A DNA stretch of 64,000 nucleotides from Candidatus Yonathbacteria bacterium (GCA_013334825.1 JAAXWR010000002.1:34025-98024); one strand, 5' to 3'; shown: positions 19,567 through 30,322, counted from the first letter of the stretch. A program made the numbers and translations. Notes: generated by a model not told the origin, from the sequence alone.

Positions 19567-20493
19567 ATGAACACATACGATTCCCATGTGTATAAGAGTG
19601 GATATTGTGAGCTTGGCGGTGGAAATCGTGCTTATGTTGAATGTTTTGGTAATAAACATGCACAACCGATGTTGTTTTTACATGGTGGACCAGGAAGTGG
19701 TTTTTCTGATAGTCATAAAAAGTTGTTTGATCCAGAGCGTGACAATGTCATTTTCTATGATCAGCGCGGAGCAGGAAAAAGTATTCCTTTTTGTACCATC
19801 TCAGAAAACACGACTGACAATTTGGTTGAAGATATTCCGCGCATTCTCGCGTATGCAGATGTTGATAGCGCATATGTTATTGGTACATCATGGGGTGTCG
19901 CACTCGCACTTCTTTTTGCTATGCGGTATCCAAAACGGGTGAGTGGACTTTTTCTGGCAAGTGTTTTTTTGGCGACAAGAAAAGAAAGTCGTCATTTTGT
20001 TGATGGAAGTATTGCAAGTATATATCCAGATGCATGGGCGCGTTTTATTGCCCCTGTTCCAATTTCTGCTCGAGATGATATGGCAATGTGGTATTGGCAA
20101 CATATGACAAATGGAATAGAAAAAGAAAAAGAAATGCTTGCAAAGATATGGACAGCGTATGACTTGTCGATTTCTTCTGGTGTGATGGATCAAGAAAAAA
20201 TTGAGCGAGTACTTGCCACCATATCATATCGTTCACTCGCAGTGCTTACAGCACATTATATTGTGCATGACTTTTTTCTTCCTGACGGATATATTGAATC
20301 AAACATATCTCAAGTACCAGCAGTTCCTGTGACCATCATACACGGGAAAGAAGATGCAGTAACAGATTCTGTTGTTGCGTTGAAATTGCATTCCTTGATA
20401 CCCGAATCAGATCTCGTGTTGATTGAGGCAGGGCATGGTTCATCTGTGATGTTCAACTCTATACGAGAGTATATCGCAAAAATTTCAGCATAA
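19567..20493 (+). CDS. pip: Prolyl aminopeptidase (alpha/beta hydrolase)
   Basis: LHGGPGSG, DQRGAGKS.P, GTSWG, IHG..D, AGH. Confidence 0.85.
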   Translation: MNTYDSHVYKSGYCELGGGNRAYVECFGNKHAQPMLFLHGGPGSGFSDSHKKLFDPERDNVIFYDQRGAGKSIPFCTISENTTDNLVEDIPRILAYADVDSAYVIGTSWGVALALLFAMRYPKRVSGLFLASVFLATRKESRHFVDGSIASIYPDAWARFIAPVPISARDDMAMWYWQHMTNGIEKEKEMLAKIWTAYDLSISSGVMDQEKIERVLATISYRSLAVLTAHYIVHDFFLPDGYIESNISQVPAVPVTIIHGKEDAVTDSVVALKLHSLIPESDLVLIEAGHGSSVMFNSIREYIAKISA

Positions 20494-20811
20494 AGATAGG
20501 ATATATTTTTTATTTTATCTTTTTGCTTTTTATAGTTCATAGTTTATCGTTTATATTTTTCTTTTTATAGTTTATCGTCCATTATTTTTAATTTTAGTTT
20601 TTATTTTTTCTTTTTATAGTTTATCTTTTTTATTTTATTTTTTATTTTAAAAAAGTTATCCACATTTTTTTCAAAAAAAATATTGTCATCGTGCGCAATG
20701 TGTACGATAATAGAAAGAGAAAAAGTTTTTTCGTAAGAAAAAATTTTTCCGAAAATATTTTTCAGACCATGTGGTCGACATTATTAGAGATAACTTTGTA
20801 TGACTATCATT

Positions 20812-20967
20812 ATGGCAGCAGCAAAGAAGAAGATCGTAAAGAAGGCGGTAAAGAAAGCAGCCCCGAAGAAGGCCGTTAAGAAGACCGTCAAGAAGGTTGC
20901 AAAGAAGACCGTTAAGAAGGCGGTAAAGAAAGCAGCCCCGAAGAAGAAGGTTGCGAAGAAGAAATAA
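20812..20967 (+). CDS. Histone H1-like Lys/Ala-rich protein (51 aa), absent from the ORF track
   Basis: MAAAKKKIVKKAVKKAAPKKAVKKTVKKVAKK...; terminator at 20983-21015. Confidence 0.85.
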   Translation: MAAAKKKIVKKAVKKAAPKKAVKKTVKKVAKKTVKKAVKKAAPKKKVAKKK

Positions 20968-21061
20968 TCTTCATCCCACTTCGGAAAAACCCGCTCGTTT
21001 GAGCGGGTTTTTCCGTGTATGATGTAAGCATGCATGAAAAGAAAGTCTATGGTACCATGGA

Positions 21062-23569
21062 ATGATTATGACATTGTTTGATGTATTATCGGGTGACACA
21101 CCCGCAAGAAAACTCAAGAAATTTGAACCATTTGTCACGCGCGTGAACGTGCTTGAAGGGGATATGAAAGCCCGTTCCGATGAAGCATTACGTACATATT
21201 CTTTAGAACTTCGTGAGCGCCTTTTGCAGGGAGCGACAACGGACGAGATAACTCCGGAAGCCTTTGCGCTCGTGCGTGAGGCGGCACGACGGACGCTTGG
21301 ACAACGACATTACGATGTGCAACTTCTCGGAGGAATGATTATGCACAAAGGAGGTGTCGCTGAAATGCGCACAGGTGAAGGAAAGACATTGGTCGCTACA
21401 TTGCCGACGTATCTGAACGCACTTTCCGGAAAGGGGGTGCATGTTGTTACCGTGAATGATTATCTCTCACGTCGTGACGCCGCGTGGATGGGACAGGTGT
21501 ATCATGCACTCGGACTTTCTGTGGCAGTGATTAATCATGACGCATCATTTCTCTATGATCCGACGCATACCGAACTTGATACTGAACGTGACGAAACAGG
21601 TTCATTTAAAGTAGTGCGTGAATTTCTCCGTCCTGTGTCACGCAAAGAAGCGTATGCGGCGGATATCACCTATGGAACAAACAATGAATTTGGTTTTGAT
21701 TATTTGCGTGACAATATTGCGTATCGCGCGGAGGACATGGTGCAGCGTCCCCATCACTATGCGATTGTGGATGAAGTAGATTCTATTCTTATTGATGAAG
21801 CACGTACGCCACTTATTATTTCCGCAAAAGCAGAGGGAGCAGGTGCAATGTATGCGCAGTTTTCTGCTATTGCGCGTACACTTCTACGTGATGAGGACTA
21901 TACGGTAGATGAAAAGTTTAAAGCCATTCAACTTACTGACGCAGGGATTGAAAAAGCCGAACGTGCGTTAGGGGTTGAAAATATTTATACAGACAAAGGT
22001 ATTGTCCATGTGCATCATTTGGAAACCGCGGTACGTGCCAAGGCACTCTTTGAACGTGACCGTGATTACGTGGTGCGCGATGGACAAGTGATTATTGTCG
22101 ATGAGTTTACGGGGCGATTGCAACCGGGAAGACGGTGGTCTGAAGGACTTCATCAGGCGGTGGAAGCAAAAGAAGGTGTTCCCATCCAAAACGAATCACG
22201 CACCGTTGCGTCTATTACCTTTCAAAATTATTTTCGTTTGTATGAGAAGCTTGCGGGTATGACAGGAACGGCACTTACGTCTGCTGAAGAATTGTACAAA
22301 GTGTATGGACTTGATGTTATTCCTGTTCCTACCAATAAAAAACCACAACGTATTGATAGTAATGACTTAATTTTCCAAACGGAAAAGGGTAAATTCAAAG
22401 CGCTCGCACGCCGTGTCAAAGAATTGCAAGAACAAGGACAGCCGGTGCTTATCGGTACGGTCTCAGTTGAAAAGAATGAACTTCTTTCAGCGTATTTGAC
22501 GAGAGAGGGGATTAGGCACGAAGTTTTGAATGCCAAACAGCACGAGCATGAAGGAGAGGTTGTCGCGCAGGCAGGACGTAAAGGGTCTGTTGTTGTCGCG
22601 ACGAATATGGCGGGTCGTGGTGTCGATATTAAACTCGGTGGTAATCCGGGAAGTGATGATGCGTACGCGGAGGTCAAAGCACTTGGTGGTTTGTATGTTA
22701 TTGGTACAGAACGACATGAAGCACGACGTATTGATGATCAGTTGCGTGGGCGCGCGGGGCGTCAAGGTGATCCAGGTTCCACACAATTTTACGTCTCCCT
22801 TGAAGACACGCTTATGCGCGTATTCGCGTCTGATGCCATCAAGACGATGATGGGACGTTTTGGCATTCCCGAAGATGAACCGATTGAAAATAAGATGATT
22901 ACTCGTTCACTTGAAAGCGCGCAAAAGAAAATTGAAGGATTTAACTTTGATGCACGAAAGCGTGTTCTTGAGTTTGATGATGTGATGAATAGACAACGAA
23001 CCGCTATTTATGGTGCACGTCGGGATTTGCTTTTGGGAGATAAAGCTCAAGTGGAGATGTATTATGCTGATATTGTCACTGCACATCCCGAGGTGGGTGG
23101 TATTATTGAAGAGCGAAAAGCGCTTTTGGGTGAAGATGTGTTTTGGGATATGGCACGCCGTGTGGCGCTTCAGACAATAGACATGTTATGGATGGAACAT
23201 TTGGAAGCAATGGATCATCTACGGGGAAGTGTGAATCTCCGCGCATATGGACAACGTGATCCGCTTGTTGAATACAAGAAAGAAGGACTGCGCATGTTCC
23301 ATGAACTTGAAGCGGGTATCAAAGCTGAAATCGCAGGGCTCTTACCCAATGTGGGAGCGGGAGCATTTAAGAGAGAAGAACAAAAACTACAAGAAGCGCA
23401 TGCTGACGTGTCGCTTGTTGCGGCGGCTGGCGCTCCAGCCGCCGCACAACAGTCAATGGCGTCCATTCCACGTCCCAGCGAACCAACACATATCGAAGCA
23501 AAAGCTGAACGTAATGACCCATGTCCATGTGGTAGTGGGAAGAAGTATAAGAAATGTTGTGGGAAATAA
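21062..23569 (+). CDS. secA: Preprotein translocase SecA
   Basis: MRTGEGKT, DEVDSILIDEARTPLIIS, QLRGRAGRQGDPG, SEC-C motif CPCGSGKKYKKCC. Confidence 0.98.
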   Translation: MIMTLFDVLSGDTPARKLKKFEPFVTRVNVLEGDMKARSDEALRTYSLELRERLLQGATTDEITPEAFALVREAARRTLGQRHYDVQLLGGMIMHKGGVAEMRTGEGKTLVATLPTYLNALSGKGVHVVTVNDYLSRRDAAWMGQVYHALGLSVAVINHDASFLYDPTHTELDTERDETGSFKVVREFLRPVSRKEAYAADITYGTNNEFGFDYLRDNIAYRAEDMVQRPHHYAIVDEVDSILIDEARTPLIISAKAEGAGAMYAQFSAIARTLLRDEDYTVDEKFKAIQLTDAGIEKAERALGVENIYTDKGIVHVHHLETAVRAKALFERDRDYVVRDGQVIIVDEFTGRLQPGRRWSEGLHQAVEAKEGVPIQNESRTVASITFQNYFRLYEKLAGMTGTALTSAEELYKVYGLDVIPVPTNKKPQRIDSNDLIFQTEKGKFKALARRVKELQEQGQPVLIGTVSVEKNELLSAYLTREGIRHEVLNAKQHEHEGEVVAQAGRKGSVVVATNMAGRGVDIKLGGNPGSDDAYAEVKALGGLYVIGTERHEARRIDDQLRGRAGRQGDPGSTQFYVSLEDTLMRVFASDAIKTMMGRFGIPEDEPIENKMITRSLESAQKKIEGFNFDARKRVLEFDDVMNRQRTAIYGARRDLLLGDKAQVEMYYADIVTAHPEVGGIIEERKALLGEDVFWDMARRVALQTIDMLWMEHLEAMDHLRGSVNLRAYGQRDPLVEYKKEGLRMFHELEAGIKAEIAGLLPNVGAGAFKREEQKLQEAHADVSLVAAAGAPAAAQQSMASIPRPSEPTHIEAKAERNDPCPCGSGKKYKKCCGK

Positions 23570-23693
23570 CTATACCGTCAAATTATTTTTTTACATTGAA
23601 TATAAAGGGTATATTGGTGTGTGGACAAAACAGTTGACAAAAAGTGCATTCGTGATATAATTGACATATTATCAATTAAGTTGCTTAATACTT

Positions 23694-23900
23694 ATGCAAT
23701 TTGGATTTTCACCAGAAGGAGAAAAATTAACTCCTTCAGAAGAACTTACTCATCTTATTGATACGTACGGTGATTTAGACTCTGTACCTGATGAAATAAA
23801 AATGCGTATCGTAAATGATTTGAAAGCAGTTGGAGACGAACGGTCTCTTGAGCAAATTGTTCTTGATATGCAAGAAGAGAACTTGATGAATGCCGCATAA
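23694..23900 (+). CDS. Small acidic hypothetical protein
   Basis: ORF after TTGACA..GATATAAT promoter-like site, hairpin downstream. Confidence 0.5.
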   Translation: MQFGFSPEGEKLTPSEELTHLIDTYGDLDSVPDEIKMRIVNDLKAVGDERSLEQIVLDMQEENLMNAA

Positions 23901-23985
23901 ATACTACATGCTCAAAAAACGCGCTCGTCACGAGTGCGTTTTTTGTTTGTCCTTTCGCCTTCATGTAGCGTATAATAGAGATACA

Positions 23986-25293
23986 ATGTATCACATCAAA
24001 AATCTCGACACATTCACCGCGACGAAGTTGCGCGCTGATGCGTGTGAAATACTAGAAGCAGGATATGCGGCGATTGATACGCGGGACGTGGTAAAGAAAA
24101 ATGTTCACATGGATGGAGAAACCCTTCGTATCATGGATGCAAGTTTTGAATTGTCCGCATATGAACGTATTTTTGTTATTGCGTTTGGAAAATGTGCCGC
24201 TGATGCTTCGGTAGAACTTGAGCACATTCTTGGAGATTATATTACCGAGGGTATTGTCATTGATATACGGAGTGGCACGCCTCTTAAGCGATTGTCGTTT
24301 CTTGCAGGAACACATCCGTTGCCATCTTTGCAAAATGTTGTTGCGACAGAACATGTCGCGTCGCTGTTGTCTGAAGCAACGGAGAAAGATTTGGTATTGG
24401 TGGTTGTGTCGGGCGGTGGGTCATCGATGCTCTGTCTCCCGAGCGATATGACTTGTGAAGTGCTTTCGTTAGTGACGGACGCACTGATGAAAGCAGGTGC
24501 GACCATTGGTGAAATAAATACCGTGCGTAAACACACGTCCAAGATTCAAGGGGGACAACTTGCAACTCTTGCATATCCTGCGACTGTTGTAGCTTGTCTT
24601 TTCTCTGATGTGCCAGGGGATGACGTGTCTATGATCGCTTCTGGTCCAACTGTCCTTGATACGACTACGAGAGAAGATGCCGCGGCGATTTTGGCGAAAT
24701 ATAATGTGATGCGTGTATGCGCGCTTCCGCATTGTGAACTTATTGAAACACCCAAAGACCCAAGCATCTTTTCTCGTGTAACCAATTTGACGATACTTTC
24801 TAATCGCGCAATGCTCGTTGCCATGCGCAAGCGTGCGGAAGTGCTTGGATATCGTGCGTTTGTCGCGCATACAGCACTTGAAGGAGAAGCATCTGATGTG
24901 GGAACATATATTGTTGATGAAGCATCACGTGAAAAAACATGTATGGTATATGGAGGAGAAACGACAGTAACAATTCCAGAGGGTGTGGTAAGCGGAAAGG
25001 GTGGTCGCGCGCAAGAAGTAGCGCTGTCTGCTCTTATCCGTATGTCGGAAGAAGGAACAGTACATGAAACACTTATTGCTACAGTTGCATCTGATGGATG
25101 GGACAATACAGACGCAGCCGGAGCGATTGTTGATGGTATTTCGGTGGCACTCGCGCCTATCCTTGCTGGTTCTCCAGAGGTATATCTTACTCGTCATGAT
25201 ACGTATGGATTTTTTGAGCGCACGGGTGATCACATTATTACAGGACGTACGGGAGCGAATGTGTCGGATGTCTATATGACACTGACAGGATAG
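23986..25293 (+). CDS. Glycerate 2-kinase (DUF4147/MOFRL family)
   Basis: FGKCA, HPLP, SGGGSS, RKH.S...GG, SDVPGD...IASGPT, GGETTV, GGR.QE, TG.NVSD. Confidence 0.9.
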   Translation: MYHIKNLDTFTATKLRADACEILEAGYAAIDTRDVVKKNVHMDGETLRIMDASFELSAYERIFVIAFGKCAADASVELEHILGDYITEGIVIDIRSGTPLKRLSFLAGTHPLPSLQNVVATEHVASLLSEATEKDLVLVVVSGGGSSMLCLPSDMTCEVLSLVTDALMKAGATIGEINTVRKHTSKIQGGQLATLAYPATVVACLFSDVPGDDVSMIASGPTVLDTTTREDAAAILAKYNVMRVCALPHCELIETPKDPSIFSRVTNLTILSNRAMLVAMRKRAEVLGYRAFVAHTALEGEASDVGTYIVDEASREKTCMVYGGETTVTIPEGVVSGKGGRAQEVALSALIRMSEEGTVHETLIATVASDGWDNTDAAGAIVDGISVALAPILAGSPEVYLTRHDTYGFFERTGDHIITGRTGANVSDVYMTLTG

Positions 25294-25575
25294 AGAGAGA
25301 AGAAGTATGTGGTAGCACATAAAAGAAATAATTTCTTTTGCGCATCTTGTACACCCTCTACAGAAAGTTCTTAGTTCGTAGTTTGTAGTTCTTAGAGCGA
25401 CGGACGACGACTTGTGGGATTTTTGTTTTTAGTTTTTTATCGTTTGTCGCTTATAGTTTTCTTTTCGATATTTCATATTCCTCATCTATTGTTTGTTTTA
25501 TCAACAGAAAAAAGAAGAAGAGTGCGCGTGAACATGTTATGATAGAAGTATTATCAATTGTCTCGCATATTGTGT

Positions 25576-28002
25576 ATGAAAAAAGAAAAACAACTTCCCA
25601 TTGTGTTGTGGTTTAAAGATGTCGGCAATGACGATGTTGCTCTTGTCGGTGGAAAAAATGCGTCATTGGGAGAAATGTATAATATTCTTACGCCACAAGG
25701 CGTGCGTGTCCCGAATGGGTTTATTGTGACTGCGCATGCATATGACTTGTTTATCAAAAGCACAGGTCTCGCCGAACTCATTACCAAAGAATTGAAAGGA
25801 CTAAATACAAATGATGTCGCACTCTTGCAAAGAAAAGGCAAAAAGATTCGTACCGCATTCATGCGCAAGCGTATGCCAAAGGTGATTACTGATGAAATTA
25901 GAGTTGCGTATCGTACACTCTCGCGTACATATGACATGAAGCATGCTGATGTCGCAGTGCGTTCCTCCGCGACCGCCGAAGACTTACCAGGAGCATCGTT
26001 TGCAGGAGAACATGACACCTATCTCAACGTCCGTGGAGAAGAATATGTTATTCGTGCGGTTAAACGTGCGTTTGCGTCGCTCTTTACTGATAGAGCGATT
26101 TCCTATCGTGTGGACAAGGGATTTAAGCATGGCGATGTCAAACTTTCTGTTGGCATACAAAAGATGGTACGCAGTGACCGTGCGTGTTCGGGAGTTATGT
26201 TCACCCTTGATACAGAAACGGGATTTCGTAATGTTGTTGAAATATCATCTGCGTGGGGACTTGGTGAAATGGTCGTGCAAGGAAAAGTAACACCTGATGA
26301 ATATGTCGTGTTCAAACCATCACTCCGTGCGGGGAAAAATGCCATACTCAAACGTACTAGAGGAGAAAAGAAAACAAAAATGATATATGGTGAGACGCGT
26401 GGAGAGCCGACGCGTATTGTTCGCGTACCTGAGGCAGATATGTCAGTACTCACTCTTACTGACGAGGAAGTTATCATACTTGCGAAGTGGGCACTTATTA
26501 TTGAAGACCATTATTCTCTTCGCGCCAAAGAAGACCGCCCTATGGATATGGAATGGGCGAAGGATGGTGTGTCGGGAGAACTCTTTATTGTGCAGGCACG
26601 TCCCGAGACAGTACAAGCAGAGAAAGCAAAGAAAGGGCTTTCATATACGGAATACATGCTGGGCAAGACATCAAAAAAACCTATTGTAGAAGGTGTTGCT
26701 GTAGGAACAAAAATTGCTTCAGGATGCGCGCGTGTTATTGTGGACGCACGTCGTCTCGATGAATTTAAAGAAGGAGAAGTGCTCATTGCTGCGATTACTG
26801 ATCCGACATACGAGCCGATTATGAAAAAAGCAGCCGCTATTATCACGGAAAAAGGAGGACGTACATCACATGCGGCGATTGTATCACGTGAACTCGGTAT
26901 TCCTGCGGTTGTGGGAACAGGGAATGCGCGTAAAAAAATTGCGACAGGCGATATTGTTACTGTTGATACATCATCGGGAGACGTGGGACGTATTTATGAA
27001 GGACGTATTCCATGGCGAGAACATACCTATGACCTCAAGAAAGTTCCCACAACAAAAACGCATATTTGTCTCAATGTCGGTGATCCGGAGAGCGCGTTCA
27101 AAAATAGCTTCTTGCCACATCGCGGTGTTGGGCTTGCGCGTGAAGAGTTTATCATTGCCTCGCACATTGGCATTCATCCACTTGCACTTATTGATTATGA
27201 TAAGCTGACTGATTGGAAATTGAAAAAGAAGATAGATGAAAGGACGGAAGGGTATGATGATAAGACAGCATTCTTTGTTGATAAACTTGCTGAGGGCATC
27301 GCACATATCGGTGCGGCATTTTGGCCGGAACAAGTGATTGTGCGCTTTTCTGATTTCAAGACGAATGAATACAGAGCACTTCTCGGTGGAGAACTGTATG
27401 AACCGGAAGAGGAGAATCCTATGATTGGATGGCGTGGAGCGTCACGATACGCGCACCCGGATTATCGTGAAGGGTTTAAGCTTGAAGTAGAGGCGATAAA
27501 ACGGGTGCGTGATGATATGGGTATTGATAACGTGCATGTCATGGTACCGTTTTGTCGGACGCCGGAAGAAGGAGAAAAGGTTGTGGAACTTATGGAAGAG
27601 TATGGTTTGGGACGTAGTAAAAAGAAGCAGGGACTCAAGATATATGTGATGTGTGAAATTCCGACCAATGTCATCCGTGCAGATGATTTTCTTGATATCT
27701 TTGACGGTTTTTCTATCGGGTCAAACGACCTTGCTCAACTGACACTCGGACTTGATCGTGATTCCGCAATTATTGCGGGTATCGGTAATGAAAATGATGA
27801 GTCAGTCAAGGCACTTGTTTCGCAAGCGATTAAGTCATGTAAGCGACGCAAGAAATATATTGGTTTTTGTGGACAAGCTCCTTCAGACTATCCAGACTTT
27901 ATGCGTTTTCTTGTTCAAGAAAAGATAGAAGCGATATCACTTAATCCTGATACGGTCATACCGATGACCATAGAAGCAGCAAAAGCGGAGAAGAGAAAGT
28001 AG
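25576..28002 (+). CDS. ppsA: Phosphoenolpyruvate synthase
   Basis: VGGKNASLGEM, VAVRSSATAEDLP, GGRTSHAAIVSRE, EENPMIGWRGA, SIGSNDL. Confidence 0.97.
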   Translation: MKKEKQLPIVLWFKDVGNDDVALVGGKNASLGEMYNILTPQGVRVPNGFIVTAHAYDLFIKSTGLAELITKELKGLNTNDVALLQRKGKKIRTAFMRKRMPKVITDEIRVAYRTLSRTYDMKHADVAVRSSATAEDLPGASFAGEHDTYLNVRGEEYVIRAVKRAFASLFTDRAISYRVDKGFKHGDVKLSVGIQKMVRSDRACSGVMFTLDTETGFRNVVEISSAWGLGEMVVQGKVTPDEYVVFKPSLRAGKNAILKRTRGEKKTKMIYGETRGEPTRIVRVPEADMSVLTLTDEEVIILAKWALIIEDHYSLRAKEDRPMDMEWAKDGVSGELFIVQARPETVQAEKAKKGLSYTEYMLGKTSKKPIVEGVAVGTKIASGCARVIVDARRLDEFKEGEVLIAAITDPTYEPIMKKAAAIITEKGGRTSHAAIVSRELGIPAVVGTGNARKKIATGDIVTVDTSSGDVGRIYEGRIPWREHTYDLKKVPTTKTHICLNVGDPESAFKNSFLPHRGVGLAREEFIIASHIGIHPLALIDYDKLTDWKLKKKIDERTEGYDDKTAFFVDKLAEGIAHIGAAFWPEQVIVRFSDFKTNEYRALLGGELYEPEEENPMIGWRGASRYAHPDYREGFKLEVEAIKRVRDDMGIDNVHVMVPFCRTPEEGEKVVELMEEYGLGRSKKKQGLKIYVMCEIPTNVIRADDFLDIFDGFSIGSNDLAQLTLGLDRDSAIIAGIGNENDESVKALVSQAIKSCKRRKKYIGFCGQAPSDYPDFMRFLVQEKIEAISLNPDTVIPMTIEAAKAEKRK

Positions 28003-28310
28003 GAATATGAAAAGTAAATGCGGAACAAACGCGGAAGCTCGCGGAACGGACGCGGAAGAAACAAGAAGTATGAATCACGGAATGAGAATTAAGCTCGCCC
28101 TGCACCCTACGTTGCCTGCTGTGCATCCTACGTGGCTTGCTGTGCATCCTACGTGGTGCACAGTGCATAGTGCTGGGGAATATACGAATGATGAAGAAAA
28201 AAGGTAGACGATGAAATAAGAAAATAGAAATATGAAGACGAAAACTATAAATGGTAAAAAGAAAAAATAAAAATGGTAAACTATGAACTATGAAAAACAT
28301 ACTAAAAATA
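28003..28310. repeat. Composite intergenic repeat patch with triple-nested hairpin (28094-28178)
   Basis: acgcggaa periodic repeats, three 21-bp heads then three 7-8-bp tails, aaaactataaa module also at about 41980 and 56392. Confidence 0.85.
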
Positions 28311-28362
28311 AAAGCGGACATAGTGTCCGCTTTTTCTGTGTTCGTGTCACAGACTACCAGGT

Positions 28363-28746
28363 CTACCAGGTATATACTCGATATACTCCTGTTTCTTTAG
28401 GTATCTTTACGGGAGGTGGTCTCAGACTCTGTCCAGAAAGCCGAACGAGTTTTTTCACGATGGGGTGGGTGGTGTCCGCATCGGTAACAGTTCCGATGTA
28501 GGGGTCTCCGCTGAATATAGTATGACCTGACACAGGGTCAGATGATGTCAGTCTCATATTTCCCCACTCAGTGAAAGCTTCCCTTTTTTTATCCTCCATG
28601 GAAGACACATGGGGGAGTTTCAAGAACTTCGTCCGCACACAGAGTCTTCCAGCAGAATCTTTTACAATACCGTCCTCATCTCTTTTTGTTTCTGTCCAGA
28701 TGAGATACCAGTCGCAAACAGTTGCTCGCTTTTCTTTTTTTGACAT
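28363..28746 (-). CDS. Hypothetical protein (ORFan)
   Basis: 127-aa ORF, terminator aaaagcggaca-tag-tgtccgctttt at about 28310-28335. Confidence 0.6.
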   Translation of the reverse strand: MSKKEKRATVCDWYLIWTETKRDEDGIVKDSAGRLCVRTKFLKLPHVSSMEDKKREAFTEWGNMRLTSSDPVSGHTIFSGDPYIGTVTDADTTHPIVKKLVRLSGQSLRPPPVKIPKETGVYRVYTW

Positions 28747-28750
28747 GTTT

Positions 28751-28942
28751 CTATATCGTTTTACGATTGAAGAGAGATTTTTTTACAAATTTTTTTCGTG
28801 GTATCTGCTCCGCAGACACTCTTGTGAAAGAAGGTATCTTTTTCGTATTCGCCATAACTTTCTTCATGAGAGTATCATGAAGATAAGAGATTCCTACGAT
28901 ACAAAATATGAGCCGTTGTGTAAATACAGAGTCTTTTTTCAT
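28751..28942 (-). CDS. Possible small hypothetical protein
   Basis: Short ORF immediately upstream of 28746; start uncertain. Confidence 0.3.
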   Translation of the reverse strand: MKKDSVFTQRLIFCIVGISYLHDTLMKKVMANTKKIPSFTRVSAEQIPRKKFVKKSLFNRKTI

Positions 28943-29131
28943 AGGATTGTATGTTTATATTTCCAAATTACTGTTCCGTTGTCTGTTGTATCACACTATG
29001 ACTAGTCAAGGCAAGTGTGCCTATGTTATGGACTATCCATTCAGTGTTCGGCAGTGCATGATATCTTACGTAGCTTGTGTTTTTGGGACAATATCGTTTT
29101 GTGTTATACTATAATGGTTATTTCCTAATAT

Positions 29132-30154
29132 ATGCATTATATGAAGATTATTAGTTTCTCCAATGAAGAGTGGGAAAAAGACTTTCTTTCAAAGCATCTT
29201 CCCGCACACACATTCATCTTTGTGGATGGGTTTATGCAAGACCGTACCGATGTCTCTGACCCAGATGCAGAGATTGTTTCTGTGTTTGTGAGTTCACATG
29301 TGGGCGCTACGGAGATGGATCGCTTTCCGTCACTGAAGTGTATCGTGACGCGTTCGACAGGGTTTGACCATATTGACCTTGCCGAAGCTCTGAAGCGCGG
29401 CGTTGTCGTATCCAACGTGCCAACATACGGTGAGAATTCAGTTGCAGAGATGGCGTTCGCGCTTCTCCTTGCGCTCTCGCGTCGTATTTATGATAGTTAC
29501 AAGCAGGTTGTTGAGACGAGTAGTTTTTCACCAAAAGGGCTGACCGGCTTTGATTTGAAAGGCAAGACATTGGGTGTTGTTGGGACAGGACATATTGGTG
29601 TGTATGCGATTAAGATCGGCAAAGGATTTGGTATGGATATTGTCGCGTATGACCCCTTCAAAAATGATGCACTTGCGAATGAACTTGGCTTTCGGTATGT
29701 CGGTTCGTTTGATGAGCTTCTTGGTATGTCTGATGTTATTACACTCCACGTGCCACATAACGAGCATACGCACCACATGATCAATATGGATAATATCGAG
29801 AAGATCAAGAAAGGTGCCGTTCTCATCAACACCGCGCGTGGGCCAGTGGTAGAGACCATCGCAATGGTGAAAGCGCTTGAAGAGGGGATACTTGCGGGAG
29901 CAGGGCTTGATGTGCTTGAAGAAGAAGATTTTCTTCTCGATGAAGATGCACTTCTCCATATGGAACATCCGAATGGTGAGAAACTTAAGAACGTACTCGC
30001 CAATCAATATCTGATTGACCATCCACGTGTCATTGTGACACCACACAATGCGTTTAACACCAAAGAAGCACTCGAACGCATTCTTGCAGTAACTGTTGAA
30101 AACATTGAAGCGTGTGTAAGTGGAGCGCCGAAGAACGTCGTTAAAAGTTCTTAG
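29132..30154 (+). CDS. D-isomer-specific 2-hydroxyacid (D-lactate-type) dehydrogenase
   Basis: RSTGFDHID, GVVGTGHIG, INTARG, GLDVLEEE, TPHNAF. Confidence 0.92.
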   Translation: MHYMKIISFSNEEWEKDFLSKHLPAHTFIFVDGFMQDRTDVSDPDAEIVSVFVSSHVGATEMDRFPSLKCIVTRSTGFDHIDLAEALKRGVVVSNVPTYGENSVAEMAFALLLALSRRIYDSYKQVVETSSFSPKGLTGFDLKGKTLGVVGTGHIGVYAIKIGKGFGMDIVAYDPFKNDALANELGFRYVGSFDELLGMSDVITLHVPHNEHTHHMINMDNIEKIKKGAVLINTARGPVVETIAMVKALEEGILAGAGLDVLEEEDFLLDEDALLHMEHPNGEKLKNVLANQYLIDHPRVIVTPHNAFNTKEALERILAVTVENIEACVSGAPKNVVKSS

Positions 30155-30322
30155 TTCGTAGTCCTTGGTTCGTAGAGACGAAAAGCGGGGCGTGGGACCT
30201 TCGGTCCCACGCCCCGCTTGCGCTTACAGTCTATAACCTATAAGCTATAAGCTATTCACCTACAGCCTAATCTCCTCACATACTAACCTCCTAATCTCCT
30301 ATTCTCCTAACCTCCTATCATT

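Noticed and set aside
20500-20760. oriC
   Set aside because: AT-rich with one perfect DnaA box, but much of it is the AAACGAT/AAACTAT repeat family; no box cluster and no dnaA/dnaN nearby
28094-28178. 21-bp repeated heads as a CRISPR array
   Set aside because: No unique spacers, no cas genes, and the head-head-head/tail-tail-tail order fits nesting instead
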